Shown here: piece after piece, positions 1 to 10,700 of the stretch | Position numbering within the stretch: position 1 is the first letter of the stretch | Layout: the number at the start of each line of letters is the position of its first letter | DNA from: a virus | Taxonomy: Duplodnaviria; Caudoviricetes | Virus record (IMG/VR): IMGVR_UViG_3300048858_000027 | Coordinates: 16,944 to 80,943 of that record | Reading direction: 5' to 3' (one strand) | Length of the DNA: 64,000 nt | Position numbers and translations under genes: made by a program | Notes under the pieces: model-generated | Told to the model about the DNA's origin: nothing | Databases searched by the model: none | What the model saw: only the letters and a program-made list of their open reading frames with translations

Positions 1-2
1 CG

Positions 3-3000
3 CGTGGGCTGCTGAACCAGCAGACCAGCGAAGCCCTCCTGGCCAACCCCGAGGGCTTCTCGCAGGGTGTGACCCTGGGCGTCATGCGTCGGAAGATGCA
101 GGACGCGATCAAAGCGGCGGTCCAGACGCCGTTCGAGGAATGGTCGAAAGCCCTCGAAACTCTTGGGTCCGTCCGCACCGCCCGCACCCAGTGGCAGGCT
201 CGCCTCGCTGACATCAAGCAGAGCACCGAAGCACAGCGGCTGGAAGAGGTCGCGGTGCGGGCGGCCGAGACCCGCGCCAACCTGCTGGCCAACAACACCC
301 GGTATCGGACGGCTCAGATCAACGGCGGCGCTGCCAGCCAGCAGCTCAGCCAGGAGGCCCTGCTCCAGAACCTCCGCAACCCGGCCTATGTGTCGGGGCG
401 CGAGTTCGCCGCGGCGCAGGGGCAGCGGATCAACAACGCCGCCTCCCTGCGGAACTATAACGACCCTGATGCTGTCAATGAGATGGTGCGTCTCAGCCTG
501 GCGCGTCAGCGGGCGAACAACCGCAGCCAGCGCGCGCTCATGGACGACCCGGAGCTGGCCGCTGAGACCCGGAGCATCTCCAGCGCCAAGACGATGGATC
601 GTCTGACGGGCGACGGCGGTGCCACGCTGTTGAAGGTGCAGGGCATCCTGCTGCTGCACTACACGCTGCTGAACAAGATTCAGAGCGTCTTCACCAACGC
701 GGCGGGTGCGGTCGTCGCCTTCGACAACGAGCTGAAGCAGCTCCAGGCGATCTCCGCATCCACCAACGGTGAGATGGAGGGTCTGCGGAAGACGATCCTG
801 GATGTCTCCACAGGCACCAAGTTCTCGGCCACTGAGCTGACCGAGGCAGCCACGGCCATGGCCCAGGCTGGTCTCTCGGCCCAGGACATCGGCTCGGCGC
901 TGAAGGGCGTGAGCCTGCTGGCCACCGCCACGGGCACGGATTTGAAGACGGCGGTTGAGATCGCCACGACCTCTATGGGCGTCTTCAAGATGCGCGCCGA
1001 TGAGATGCCCGGCATCGCCAACCAGATGACGGCAGCCCTGAACCTCTCCAAGCTGAGCGTGGAGCAGGTGGGTGTCGGCTTTCAGTATGTCGCCAACACC
1101 GCCGCTGAAGCGGGCCTGACCCTCACGGAAGTCACGGCCGCCATGGCAACCATGGCGAACCAGGGCATCCGCTCCGGTTCGACCATGGGCACTGGTATGC
1201 GCCAGCTCCTGATCGACCTTCAGAACCCATCCGAGGAGCTGACCAAGCGCATCCACCAGCTCGGGCTCGGCATGTCGGACATCGACGTGCGCGCCAACGG
1301 CCTGTCGGGCGTCCTGCAGAACCTGCGCAACGCAGGCTTCACGTCCGCTGACGCCTTCGCCACGATCGAGGTCCGCGCCGCGGCGGCTTTCACCGCCCTC
1401 TCTCGCGGCCAGGCTGACCTGACCAGCCTGACCCAAGGCATCCTGGAGGCGGATGGTGCCGCCAAGGCGAACGCTGTGCAGATGGAGAGCCTGGCGAACA
1501 AGGCGCTCCAGCTCGGCAACGTCATCGTGTCCCTGGCTGCCTCGGCCGCCGAGCCGCTGATGACGGCTCTGAAGGGCGTCGTCGGCGGGCTGACTGAGGT
1601 TCTCGGGCTTATCGACCCGAACAGCACCGCCCTGAAGGTGTTCGGCACGGTCGCCGCTGCCGTGGCAACGGGCGGCCTGGTGATCTGGCTAGGCCGGCTG
1701 GCGGTGAACCTCGTCAGCCTGCCGACCCTCCTCGGCGCGGCGCGCGGTGCAGTCCTCAGCTTCCAGATCGCGACTTCCAGCGCCACCGGAGCCTCGGTCG
1801 CCCTCGGATCCGCCATGAAGGCCATCCCGTTCCTGGCGATCGCAGGCGCCATCGGTGGCGTGATCACCTACATGGCGACCTATAAGAGCGAAGCCGATCT
1901 GGCTGCTGCCAAGAACGAGAAGCTGGCGGAGGCGGTCAACACCGCGAAGGCTGCCGTCGAGGACAAGAAGCAGAGCCTCGACAGCCTGGACCAGTTCCTC
2001 AACACGGTCATTGGCCGCACCGAGCAGCTCAGCCGGAACGAGGAGGAACTGAACCGGGTCATCCTCCAGGCACGGGACCGCTTCGGCAGCCTCTCGTCCA
2101 CCATCTACGACCACATTGGCACCCTGGGTGAACTGGTCGCCAAGATCCGGGAGGTGCGGGCCGAGCTGCGTGGTGCGGCGCTGAACGATCTTCAGACCTT
2201 CCGTGAGACCCTCACCGCCCAGATCGAAGGGCTGCGGACCAATGTGGAGAACGCAGCGAACCAGAGGGCGCTGGCTCCTGTCCTGAGCGCCTTCGGCGTG
2301 CGCCGTGGTTTCCAGGGCCGTGACGTGGACACGATCATGGGTCAGCTCCCCGAGGGGGTGCGGGGCAACGAGAGCATTCGCCGCGCGCTGGAGATCGTCG
2401 GAGGCGCTGGCGCCGAGACCGTCACCGACGACAAGGGCAACAGCACCTATCGGGTGGATCTGCTGGATATCCAGAAGATCCGTCAGCAGATCGGGGAGAT
2501 GAAGGATCTGCCCGAGGCCCAGCGCAAGGCGTTGCAGGAGGCTCTCGGTGGGGTTGCCAGCAGCCGCTCGCGCCTGACCCAGACCCAGAACACGCTCTCG
2601 TCCACCGACCGCCAGATTCGGCAGGAGCAGTATAAGGGAACGCCGGAGTACCGCCGGGCCGAGGAGATCGTCTCCGCGCTCCGCGAACTGAACAGCACGA
2701 CCCCGACCTTCGACAAGTTCAAGACCGAGGCGGAGCGTCAGCAGGCGGCGGAGGAATACAAGAAGCGCGCCAACCCCCTCCAGGCCGAATACGCCAAGCT
2801 GGCGGAGACCGCCCGCGGCCAGGGCATGTCCTTCGACGACCTGGGCATCGGCGCTGATTACAGCAGCGTTAGCGGGGCCTTCACGACGCGGATGCGGCAG
2901 TTCGGCGAGGATGTGCGGCAGAACGCCATCGACCTCGCGACCGCCGAGGTCAGCGCGATCAACCGCCAGGTCCAGCAGATCACCACCTCGCTGAAGGGCC

Positions 3001-4862
3001 AGGCCAGCGCCAAAGCGGCCCGTGACGCGCAGGCCGACATCGGCAGGCTCATGGACCGTGAGCTGGAAATTGAGCTGAAGAAGAATGAGCAGGATGTCGA
3101 GAAGGAGTTCAAGAACCGTCCGGTCGATGTCCGCCAGAGGATCCTGAGCGAGCGCAACGAAGCCGCCCGCTTCTCGAACCAGCAGGCCCGCGCGTCCGCG
3201 AACAACGCGGTCATCGACAACACCTCGCGCGAGATGCAGTCGTTCATCTCCGCGGAGCAGGACCGGCTGCGCACCTTGGTCCAGCGCAAGGGTCGCTCCG
3301 GGGGCACCCGTGGCGGAAGCGACGAGATCGCGGCCTCGCGGAACAAGATCGAGCAGATGGTCCGCGAGCGTGGAGCCCTGGAAGGGTGGTCCTCCGAGGT
3401 CACTGAAGCGAACGTGCGCCGCGCCCTGGGCTCGTCGGAGCGGTCGGAATACAGCGCGAACCACTCGGGCTCCGCGCCCAAGCGCGACCCGAACCGCCCC
3501 TGGGATGTCGATGATCTCGACACCAAGCCGAACTTCTCGCGGCAGCTCTCGCAGATCAACAAGGAAGCCGAGACAGCCCTGAACGCGACCGAGTTGCCGA
3601 TCCAGGCGCGCAAGGCTGAACTGGAAGCGGCCCGCCGGAACCCGAACATGTTCCCGCAGGCTTATTTCGACCAGCGCAACGAAGAGATCAACCAGATGCA
3701 GATCGCGGCAGATGCTGCCGAGGTCAAGATCAGGGAGACCCAGCTCGCACGCCTGGAGAGCTTGAAGACTGAGGCGCAGAACCGCCTGGCAGAAGTCGAG
3801 AAGCGCCTGGCTGACCTGGGCAATCCTGACGAGAAGCTGCGCACCTTCAAGACGGAGGAGGAGCGCAGCGATTACAGGAGCAGCTACACGCGCGCCCAGC
3901 GGGAGGTCGAGCAGCGGCGGCAGGAACTGGAGCAGATCGGCACCCAGAGCCGGCAGGTCACGACCGATCGCAACCGTGCGGCTGCGACAGGTGCTGCCCG
4001 CACCGCTTCAGGGGAACAGACCACCTGGGACGCCTTCACCGTCGCGGGTGACGACTTCAAGAAGAAGTTCGGTCTCGACGACAGCACGTCTGGCTTCAAG
4101 GAATGGGGCGACAACTTCACCAATGTCATGTCCACCATGCAGCAGGCGGCGGGTGGCTTCTTCACCGACTTCGTGACGGGCAATATGAAGGCGAGTCAAG
4201 CCATCAAGGGCTTCGCCAAGTCCGTGCTGACCAGCGTGGCTCAAATGGCGGCGAACAAGTTCGCAGCGCAGATGATCGGCCTCGGCATCAGCCTGATCTC
4301 CAGCCTCGGCGGCGCAGCCGCGGGCGGCGGATTCACCGACGCGGGCACCGCTGTCGGTGGCTCCACGATGTATGCCTATAACGGCGGCCCCGTGAAGCGT
4401 TTCGCTGCAGGAGGCAAGGTCCAGGGGACGCATCTCGGCCGCGATAGCGTGAAGGCCCTGCTGGCACCAGGCGAGGGCGTGCTGAACCGCCGCGCCATGG
4501 CGATCATCGGAGAGGAGGGTCTGGCCGCCCTGAACCGCGGCCAGGCTGTGGTTGAGCAGGCGCGCACGCGGGTCCGTCGCTACGAAGGTGGTAGCAGCCC
4601 GTTGGGTAGCACCATGCAGCAGCCTGCCTCTTCCCTGGTGGGGGCCGGAACCTTCGCCGGCATCAACAAGGCGGTGGGCAATATCCAGGGGGGCCTCAAG
4701 CCCGTCCCGACCCGCAAGCCCGATGAGGTGAATGTCTTCGTCATGGCGCCGGATCAGAAGCCCAGCCTGGGGCCGAAGGACGTGCTGGCCATCATCGGTG
4801 AGGACATCGCCACGGGCGGCAGCACCAAGAAGCTCATCAAGCAAGTGACGGTAGGAGCCTGA
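3..4862 (+). CDS. Tail tape measure protein (5'-truncated by the window edge)
   Basis: Frame is open from position 3; >1600 aa, Ala/Gln-rich helical protein with TP901-type TMP core (LKQLQAISASTNGEMEGLRKTILDVSTGTKFSATE...); directly upstream of tail-tip genes. Confidence 0.93.
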   Translation, partial: RGLLNQQTSEALLANPEGFSQGVTLGVMRRKMQDAIKAAVQTPFEEWSKALETLGSVRTARTQWQARLADIKQSTEAQRLEEVAVRAAETRANLLANNTRYRTAQINGGAASQQLSQEALLQNLRNPAYVSGREFAAAQGQRINNAASLRNYNDPDAVNEMVRLSLARQRANNRSQRALMDDPELAAETRSISSAKTMDRLTGDGGATLLKVQGILLLHYTLLNKIQSVFTNAAGAVVAFDNELKQLQAISASTNGEMEGLRKTILDVSTGTKFSATELTEAATAMAQAGLSAQDIGSALKGVSLLATATGTDLKTAVEIATTSMGVFKMRADEMPGIANQMTAALNLSKLSVEQVGVGFQYVANTAAEAGLTLTEVTAAMATMANQGIRSGSTMGTGMRQLLIDLQNPSEELTKRIHQLGLGMSDIDVRANGLSGVLQNLRNAGFTSADAFATIEVRAAAAFTALSRGQADLTSLTQGILEADGAAKANAVQMESLANKALQLGNVIVSLAASAAEPLMTALKGVVGGLTEVLGLIDPNSTALKVFGTVAAAVATGGLVIWLGRLAVNLVSLPTLLGAARGAVLSFQIATSSATGASVALGSAMKAIPFLAIAGAIGGVITYMATYKSEADLAAAKNEKLAEAVNTAKAAVEDKKQSLDSLDQFLNTVIGRTEQLSRNEEELNRVILQARDRFGSLSSTIYDHIGTLGELVAKIREVRAELRGAALNDLQTFRETLTAQIEGLRTNVENAANQRALAPVLSAFGVRRGFQGRDVDTIMGQLPEGVRGNESIRRALEIVGGAGAETVTDDKGNSTYRVDLLDIQKIRQQIGEMKDLPEAQRKALQEALGGVASSRSRLTQTQNTLSSTDRQIRQEQYKGTPEYRRAEEIVSALRELNSTTPTFDKFKTEAERQQAAEEYKKRANPLQAEYAKLAETARGQGMSFDDLGIGADYSSVSGAFTTRMRQFGEDVRQNAIDLATAEVSAINRQVQQITTSLKGQASAKAARDAQADIGRLMDRELEIELKKNEQDVEKEFKNRPVDVRQRILSERNEAARFSNQQARASANNAVIDNTSREMQSFISAEQDRLRTLVQRKGRSGGTRGGSDEIAASRNKIEQMVRERGALEGWSSEVTEANVRRALGSSERSEYSANHSGSAPKRDPNRPWDVDDLDTKPNFSRQLSQINKEAETALNATELPIQARKAELEAARRNPNMFPQAYFDQRNEEINQMQIAADAAEVKIRETQLARLESLKTEAQNRLAEVEKRLADLGNPDEKLRTFKTEEERSDYRSSYTRAQREVEQRRQELEQIGTQSRQVTTDRNRAAATGAARTASGEQTTWDAFTVAGDDFKKKFGLDDSTSGFKEWGDNFTNVMSTMQQAAGGFFTDFVTGNMKASQAIKGFAKSVLTSVAQMAANKFAAQMIGLGISLISSLGGAAAGGGFTDAGTAVGGSTMYAYNGGPVKRFAAGGKVQGTHLGRDSVKALLAPGEGVLNRRAMAIIGEEGLAALNRGQAVVEQARTRVRRYEGGSSPLGSTMQQPASSLVGAGTFAGINKAVGNIQGGLKPVPTRKPDEVNVFVMAPDQKPSLGPKDVLAIIGEDIATGGSTKKLIKQVTVGA

Positions 4863-4863
4863 T

Positions 4864-5850
4864 ATGGCGCGCGTAGAAAACCTTCTGCTCTACTCGGGCC
4901 GGTTCGATCAGACTGCCTGGGTCAAAAGTGCTTCTCTGGCGCCGCTGTCGTCCACCTTCAGTGCCAGCTCGCCCACAAAGCGGGTATCCACCTGGAGGGT
5001 TACGGCAACAAGCTCACCGAACCTGGGGCAGCGCGCCGATAAAGCCTACCGCGCTCCCGGCGCGCGTTACGTCGCATCGGTGTGGTTGCAGCCGCAGTTC
5101 CACTCCGGCCCGATGCGTCTCGTCTTGCAGGATACCCCCACCGAGACAAGTCGGATAGATATGTGGTTCGATCCGATCAAGATGATCTTGAAGGGCATCA
5201 CCGGCACGCCCTCCCCATCGGGGCGCAGTTGGTCCCAGCCGGAGGCAGGATTCGAGGCACTGGCCGATGGATGGTATCGGGTGTGGCTTGCGGCCACGCT
5301 CACCACGGCCACGCAGGCTGACAATGGTATCACCGTGCGTCTCTACACCGACCTGCCCGCCACGGTCGGATGGGTGATGACGATCGGGGGGATCCAGCTT
5401 TCCAGGGCCGATACCCTCTCCAGCTATTACGTGGAGACCAACAACACCGTTGTTTTCGGAGTCTCCTACGACCCCTTCGACTTCCCGTTCCACACTTTCT
5501 CGACCATCTACCCCGACAACTCAACGCGGGTACAACTAGGCAAGAGCTACATCTTCACTTCGCGCCCGCAGGGGCCGCCGCAGCGGATCTTCAAGCTGCG
5601 CTTCGAGGGTATGCGCTGGTTCCTGACCTCCGAAGGCTTGCGGGATATCTCGACGATGCCGCAGCACAACCTGGCGCGGATGGAAGACTTCTACCGGGGC
5701 GTCGAACTGTGGAAGTCGTTCCTCTGGAACCACCCCCTGGAGGGTACGAAGACCGTGCGGTTCAACAAGCCTCTGGAGATCCCGGAGCAGATCAAGGGCG
5801 GCTCCGGCGTGGTGAACCCGTTCGACATTGAGTTGCTGGAGCAGCCATGA
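4864..5850 (+). CDS. Distal tail / lambda gpM-like protein with N-terminal carbohydrate-binding-like domain
   Basis: Follows TMP; C-half (FSTIYPDNSTRVQLGKSY...FYRGVELWKSFLWNHP) resembles gpM/DUF2460; N-half NLLLYS...DGWYRVW resembles phage CBM-like beta-sandwich. Confidence 0.65.
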   Translation: MARVENLLLYSGRFDQTAWVKSASLAPLSSTFSASSPTKRVSTWRVTATSSPNLGQRADKAYRAPGARYVASVWLQPQFHSGPMRLVLQDTPTETSRIDMWFDPIKMILKGITGTPSPSGRSWSQPEAGFEALADGWYRVWLAATLTTATQADNGITVRLYTDLPATVGWVMTIGGIQLSRADTLSSYYVETNNTVVFGVSYDPFDFPFHTFSTIYPDNSTRVQLGKSYIFTSRPQGPPQRIFKLRFEGMRWFLTSEGLRDISTMPQHNLARMEDFYRGVELWKSFLWNHPLEGTKTVRFNKPLEIPEQIKGGSGVVNPFDIELLEQP

Positions 5851-6335
5851 GCGAGTCTCTTCCCAGCTCCCATCTTGAATCCGCCCGTGGGCTGGAGGCG
5901 GACGCCTTTGTCTACCTTTACCGGATCAACCTCTATCCTGCTGGCAAGGTCTGCCTCACGGAAGTGAAGTCTGTCTTCTGGCAGGGCGAGACCTACGAAC
6001 AGATCGGCATCAAGATGGGCAACGTCTCAGCCTATGCGGATGAGCAATCGTCCAGGCCGAAGCTCCAGGTGCAGAACCCTGATGCTATCTTCTCGGAACT
6101 CATTTCCCAGGGACAGCTCGATGGCGCCTCGGTCACACGCTACCGCGTGCTGCTCGATGACCTTCTGAACGACCGGAACGTCTTCATCAAGCAGAGCTGG
6201 CGGGTCGGTCGCGTCACCGGGCTGAATCGCATCAGTCTTTCGCTGGAACTCCGCGATCTGACGGACGGTCCTAACTTCGTCATCCCGACCATGACGTTCA
6301 GCCCACCGAAGTTTCCTGTCGTGAGGATCCGCTGA
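5847..6335 (+). CDS. Minor tail protein, lambda gpL-like
   Basis: Position, size, WQGETYEQIGI...PKLQVQNPD and GASVTRYRVL motifs. Confidence 0.7.
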   Translation: MSESLPSSHLESARGLEADAFVYLYRINLYPAGKVCLTEVKSVFWQGETYEQIGIKMGNVSAYADEQSSRPKLQVQNPDAIFSELISQGQLDGASVTRYRVLLDDLLNDRNVFIKQSWRVGRVTGLNRISLSLELRDLTDGPNFVIPTMTFSPPKFPVVRIR

Positions 6336-6886
6336 TGTTGATTGCCTGGGACAACCTGCTGGACCTGCCTTACGAGCATGGCACAGCCGACTGCTACCAG
6401 CTCGTGAAGCAGTTCTATTCTCAAACATTCAGTATTTCGTTCGCGGATTACGCCTATCCCGAAGTCTGGTGGGATACCAACCCCGAACTGAATCTGTATC
6501 TGAAGAACTACGACAAGGAAGGCTTCCAACTTGTAGATGCCGATTCGGCTCGTCATCTGCAATTCGGTGATGTATTCCTCATGGCATGTGCCAGTCGTGT
6601 TGCGAATCATGCAGGAATCTGGTTGGGGAATGGGGATTTTCTCCATCACCCGTACCAAGCGCTCAGCACGACCGCACGCTGGGCGGGAGGGTGGATGACC
6701 CGAACGGTGGGCGTCCTTCGCCACCCGGATGTGGCCGCGCTGATTCCGCAGGAAGTGATCGGCGTGGAGACCTTGATACCCAAAGGAAAGCGGGACCGTT
6801 ACCGTGAACTCCTCGCTAAACACACGTCTTCTCAGCTTCCTACCTGGACACAACGAGAGGGTGGGATTGGTCCTCAAGAGTGGTGA
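6335..6886 (+). CDS. NlpC/P60 peptidase tail protein (gpK C-terminal domain)
   Basis: YEHGTADCYQLV catalytic Cys motif, GDVFLM, NHAGIWLGNGDFLHH. Confidence 0.88.
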   Translation: MLIAWDNLLDLPYEHGTADCYQLVKQFYSQTFSISFADYAYPEVWWDTNPELNLYLKNYDKEGFQLVDADSARHLQFGDVFLMACASRVANHAGIWLGNGDFLHHPYQALSTTARWAGGWMTRTVGVLRHPDVAALIPQEVIGVETLIPKGKRDRYRELLAKHTSSQLPTWTQREGGIGPQEW

Positions 6887-7136
6887 AGTGATCGAGCTGC
6901 GCAACATCGCAGCCGATCCCCTGCTCGCCTTTGATGTCGATGGACGCGACATGATTGCACATGAAGAGGATGCAGTTGCCACTTGGCACACACATCCCTT
7001 CGGCAAGTCCGAGATGAGCGCCGACGATATGATCGGGTTCCTCATGTGGCCCCACCTGCTGCACTACGTCATCAGCCCTGAAGGCGTGCGGTGCTACCGG
7101 GTGAAGAATGGCGCGGTGCTGCACGATGAAGGTTAA
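6804..7136 (+). CDS. JAB/MPN-domain tail protein (gpK N-terminal domain)
   Basis: ERVGLV and WHTHPFGKSEMSADD (HxH-x7-S-x2-D JAB motif). Confidence 0.85.
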   Translation: MNSSLNTRLLSFLPGHNERVGLVLKSGEVIELRNIAADPLLAFDVDGRDMIAHEEDAVATWHTHPFGKSEMSADDMIGFLMWPHLLHYVISPEGVRCYRVKNGAVLHDEG

Positions 7137-7752
7137 GATCCACGTTCACGGGGCTCTGCGCGAACATCTCCCGGCCGTCTGGGAATGCGACGCAGCAACT
7201 GCGGCTGAGGCGATCAGCGGCCTGACCCGACAGTTCAAGCTGCGCGCTCCAGGTCCAGGCCGGCGGTGGGCTCTGAAGGTGCCGGGGTTCGATACCGAAG
7301 CCTCACTGAAATCACCACTCGCGGTCGATGAGCTCCACCTGGTCCCCTACTTTGGTGGGTCTGGTGGTAAGGGTGGTGGCATCTTCCAGGTCGTCATCGG
7401 CGTCGTGCTGATCGTGCTTGCTGCTGTGGCAGCCTACTACGGCAACTTTCAGTTGGCTGCGGCCCTCGCTGCCGCTGGTGTCTCCAGCCTGGCGGGCGGC
7501 CTCGTCGCATTGATGTCGGCAGCTCCGAAGGTAGAGCCCAACACCAATGAGGAGATCGAGGACTCGAAGTATCTCGGCGCAGCGGGGAACACCACCAAGT
7601 CCGGTACGCGCATCCCCCGCGGCTTCGGCAGGTTCCTGGTCTACGGCCACTACATCTCATTCGACATCGAAGCTGATCCTGCGCCTGTGCTGGGCCAGCC
7701 CCCGCGTGCGGATCAACGCCGTCTCCTTGGCACCTATCGAGTGACAACCTGA
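7126..7752 (+). CDS. Tail assembly protein, lambda gpI-like
   Basis: KIHVHGALRE ubiquitin-like N-terminus, hydrophobic Gly/Ala stretch, NTTKSGTRIPRGFGRFLVYGHYIS C-terminal motif. Confidence 0.85.
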   Translation: MKVKIHVHGALREHLPAVWECDAATAAEAISGLTRQFKLRAPGPGRRWALKVPGFDTEASLKSPLAVDELHLVPYFGGSGGKGGGIFQVVIGVVLIVLAAVAAYYGNFQLAAALAAAGVSSLAGGLVALMSAAPKVEPNTNEEIEDSKYLGAAGNTTKSGTRIPRGFGRFLVYGHYISFDIEADPAPVLGQPPRADQRRLLGTYRVTT

Positions 7753-10700
7753 TGCAGAACTTCTCCGGTGCTGGTGGCGGAACCACCACGAAGCAGAAGA
7801 CGCCGACCGAGACCAAGGACAACCTCCGGTCCAAAGACAAGATCGAGGTGCTGCTGGGGCTCTGCCGCGGGCCTATCCACGGTCTGGTGGATGGGCACAA
7901 GTCCGTCTACATCGGTGACACCAAGCTGCAGAACGCGGATGGCACCTACAACTTTCCTGACGCCGGCTTCACCGTCTATCCTGGGAACAACCCTGGCGAG
8001 ACGATCTATCCGTTGCTGGGAGGGTTCGAGGACTGGCGCCAGGTCGGCAAGGATCTTGCCTACAATGTGCCGCATCAGGCCAACACGCAGACAGTGAACC
8101 CGTCGCAGGTCATCCTGCGCTTTCAGGTCAAGAAGCTGTATCAGACCACCGACTATGTGGTGGACGATTACAGCACGCGCGGCACCATCCCACACCGTGC
8201 GCGGTTCAACATCCGCTACAAGATGGTCGGCAACGACGAGTGGATCTACCCTTACGCGGAACCCTACGAGATCCTGGGTCGCACTCTCGACGGGGAAGTC
8301 CACGAGATCCGCGTGCCCAACAACTCTGGTCTCCCCGGCCCCTTCACCTTCGAGGTGACGCTGCTGACGGCCGACACGGAGATGGCTCCGTGTCAGGTCT
8401 ATTGGGAGGGCTTCTATGACGTGATGGCGGGGCTCTATGGCCTGACCCGCTCGACCACGATCAACACCCGCCTGGAACCCTCCTCGGCCATTACCCGCAC
8501 GACCGACACGCCGGGTGAGCGGCTGGATGGCTCGACGGGCATCGACATGATCGACCTGCGTTTCACGGTCAGCTCCCTCTACATCGCCAACCCTCAAGGC
8601 ACCTTCGACGACGAGATCGACCTGCTGATCGAGGCGAAGCCGACCACCAGCAACACCTGGCAGAAGCCTTTCGGTGGCACGGTGAAGATCCGCGGTAAGA
8701 CCACCAGCGCGGTGGTGTTCGAGTATCGCTTCAACGTCCAGCCGATCAATGTCCCGTATGACATCAGGGTCACGCGCATCTCGGGCGACCTGCCGGAGCA
8801 CTACCGTGATATCGTCTGGGAGTCGTTCCAGGAGATCGTCGGCGGCCCGGCGCGGTTCGATGATGTGGCGGTCGCCCATCTGACGGCGCGGGCCAGTGAC
8901 CAGTTCTCCAGCCTGCCCGACTTCTCGGCGGAATACTATCTGGAGAAGTGCCGCGTCCCGACGAACTACGATCCCTGGACGCGGACCTACACTGGTACAT
9001 GGGACGGCGCCTGGAAGGTCGAGTGGACGAACAACCCGGCCTTCTGCTTCTACCAGCTCGCCATGGATGCCGTGGATGGTGCCAAGAAGTTCTGGCCCGA
9101 CCTCAGCATCAACAAGTTCGACATCTACGATGCTGCCCGCTGGTGCGATGAACTGGTGCCCAATGGGAAGGGCGGCTGGCAGCCGCGCTACACCTTCAAT
9201 GGACTGATCACCGAAGCACGCGGCATCAAGGACCAGCTCCGCTACATGGCGGGCGTCTTCAACGCCACCTTCGTGGATGACCTGAACGGTGCAATCCGCC
9301 TGGTCATTGACAAGGACGACGCGGCCACCGCCATCTTCGGGCCGGAGAACATCTACGAGGAAGGGTTCCAATACAGCTATACGGACCCGTCCACGCGCTT
9401 CAATGACTTCACCGTCAAGTTCGCCAATCCCGATCTGAAGTACGAGACTGACACCAGGGTCCTGCGGGATTCGGATCACCAGGCGCGTTATGGTGCGATC
9501 CCTTATGACTTCATCGGCATCGGTTGCACCGATGCCCATGAAGCCATGCGGCGGGCGGCGCACAAGATGATCACGGCGACGACCGAGGTGGAGATGGTGA
9601 GTTTCACCACGAACCGCCGGGGTCTCTATGTCCGCCCCTATGACATCATCCTGGTGAGCGACCCTGACATGGGTTACGCGCTCTCGGGGCGCATCAAGTC
9701 CCTCAACGAGAACCGCACGATCGTGTCCGTGCGCGATCCGCTCTACCTGGAAGATGGTGTGGTCTACACCCTGCAGGTCGAGGTTCCGAACCCCACGACT
9801 GGCAGCTTCGATCTCGTTTCTGTGCCTCTGGTTGGCCCCTATGACGGCTATGTCTACGACTTCGAGCTGTCGGCACAGCTCCCGGAAGGGCTGCCCGCCT
9901 ATGCCTACTTCACGCTCGGTGCGGTGGGCAGTCTCGCTGGCACCCCGAAGCCCTATCGGGTCCTCTCCATGGAGGAGGTCGAGAGCAACCCCGATCAGGT
10001 GATGATCTCGGCTGTTGAGGTCAATCGGAACAAGACCATCCTCTCGGATTCGGTCAAGGATTCCGCGGTCCTCGAATACACCAACATGCCGTCCGAGATC
10101 GCGCCTCCGGTGGGGCTGCAGGTCTACACCACCACTGCCAATGTGAACGGCAAGATCGTCGCCTCGGTCACGCTGACCTGGACACCTTCGCCCGACCCGC
10201 GTGTGAACCGCTACCAGGTCCACTATCGCCTGAGCGGCGAGACCGCCTGGCAGGTCGGCCCGACCGTCAGCGGCACGCGCGCCGAGATCCTGAACATCCC
10301 GAACGGCACCTACGATTTCCGGGTTGGTGCCGTGGCGGGCGTGCTGGGCGTGACCTCCAGCATCACGGCGGATGGCGTTCCGGCGGGCCTGATGGTGCCG
10401 CCCTCGAACGTGCCCTACCTGGATGTGGGCGTGATTGGCGATGGTATCCGGCTCACCTGGGGTGCCGTGCCTGATGCCGACCTGGCCTATTACTGGATCC
10501 GCTACACGCCCCTCATCGGTCCCGATGCAACCTGGGGCGTGGCGATGGACTTGGTTGCACAGGTCACTGGCACCAGCGTGCAGGTGCCTCTGGCTGCGGG
10601 AACCTATTTCATCAAAGCGGTGGATGTCACCGGAACGGCCTCGCGCCAGGCAACCGGGGGCAGCACCGCCGCCACGCCTATGGGGTTGAACGCGGTCTCG

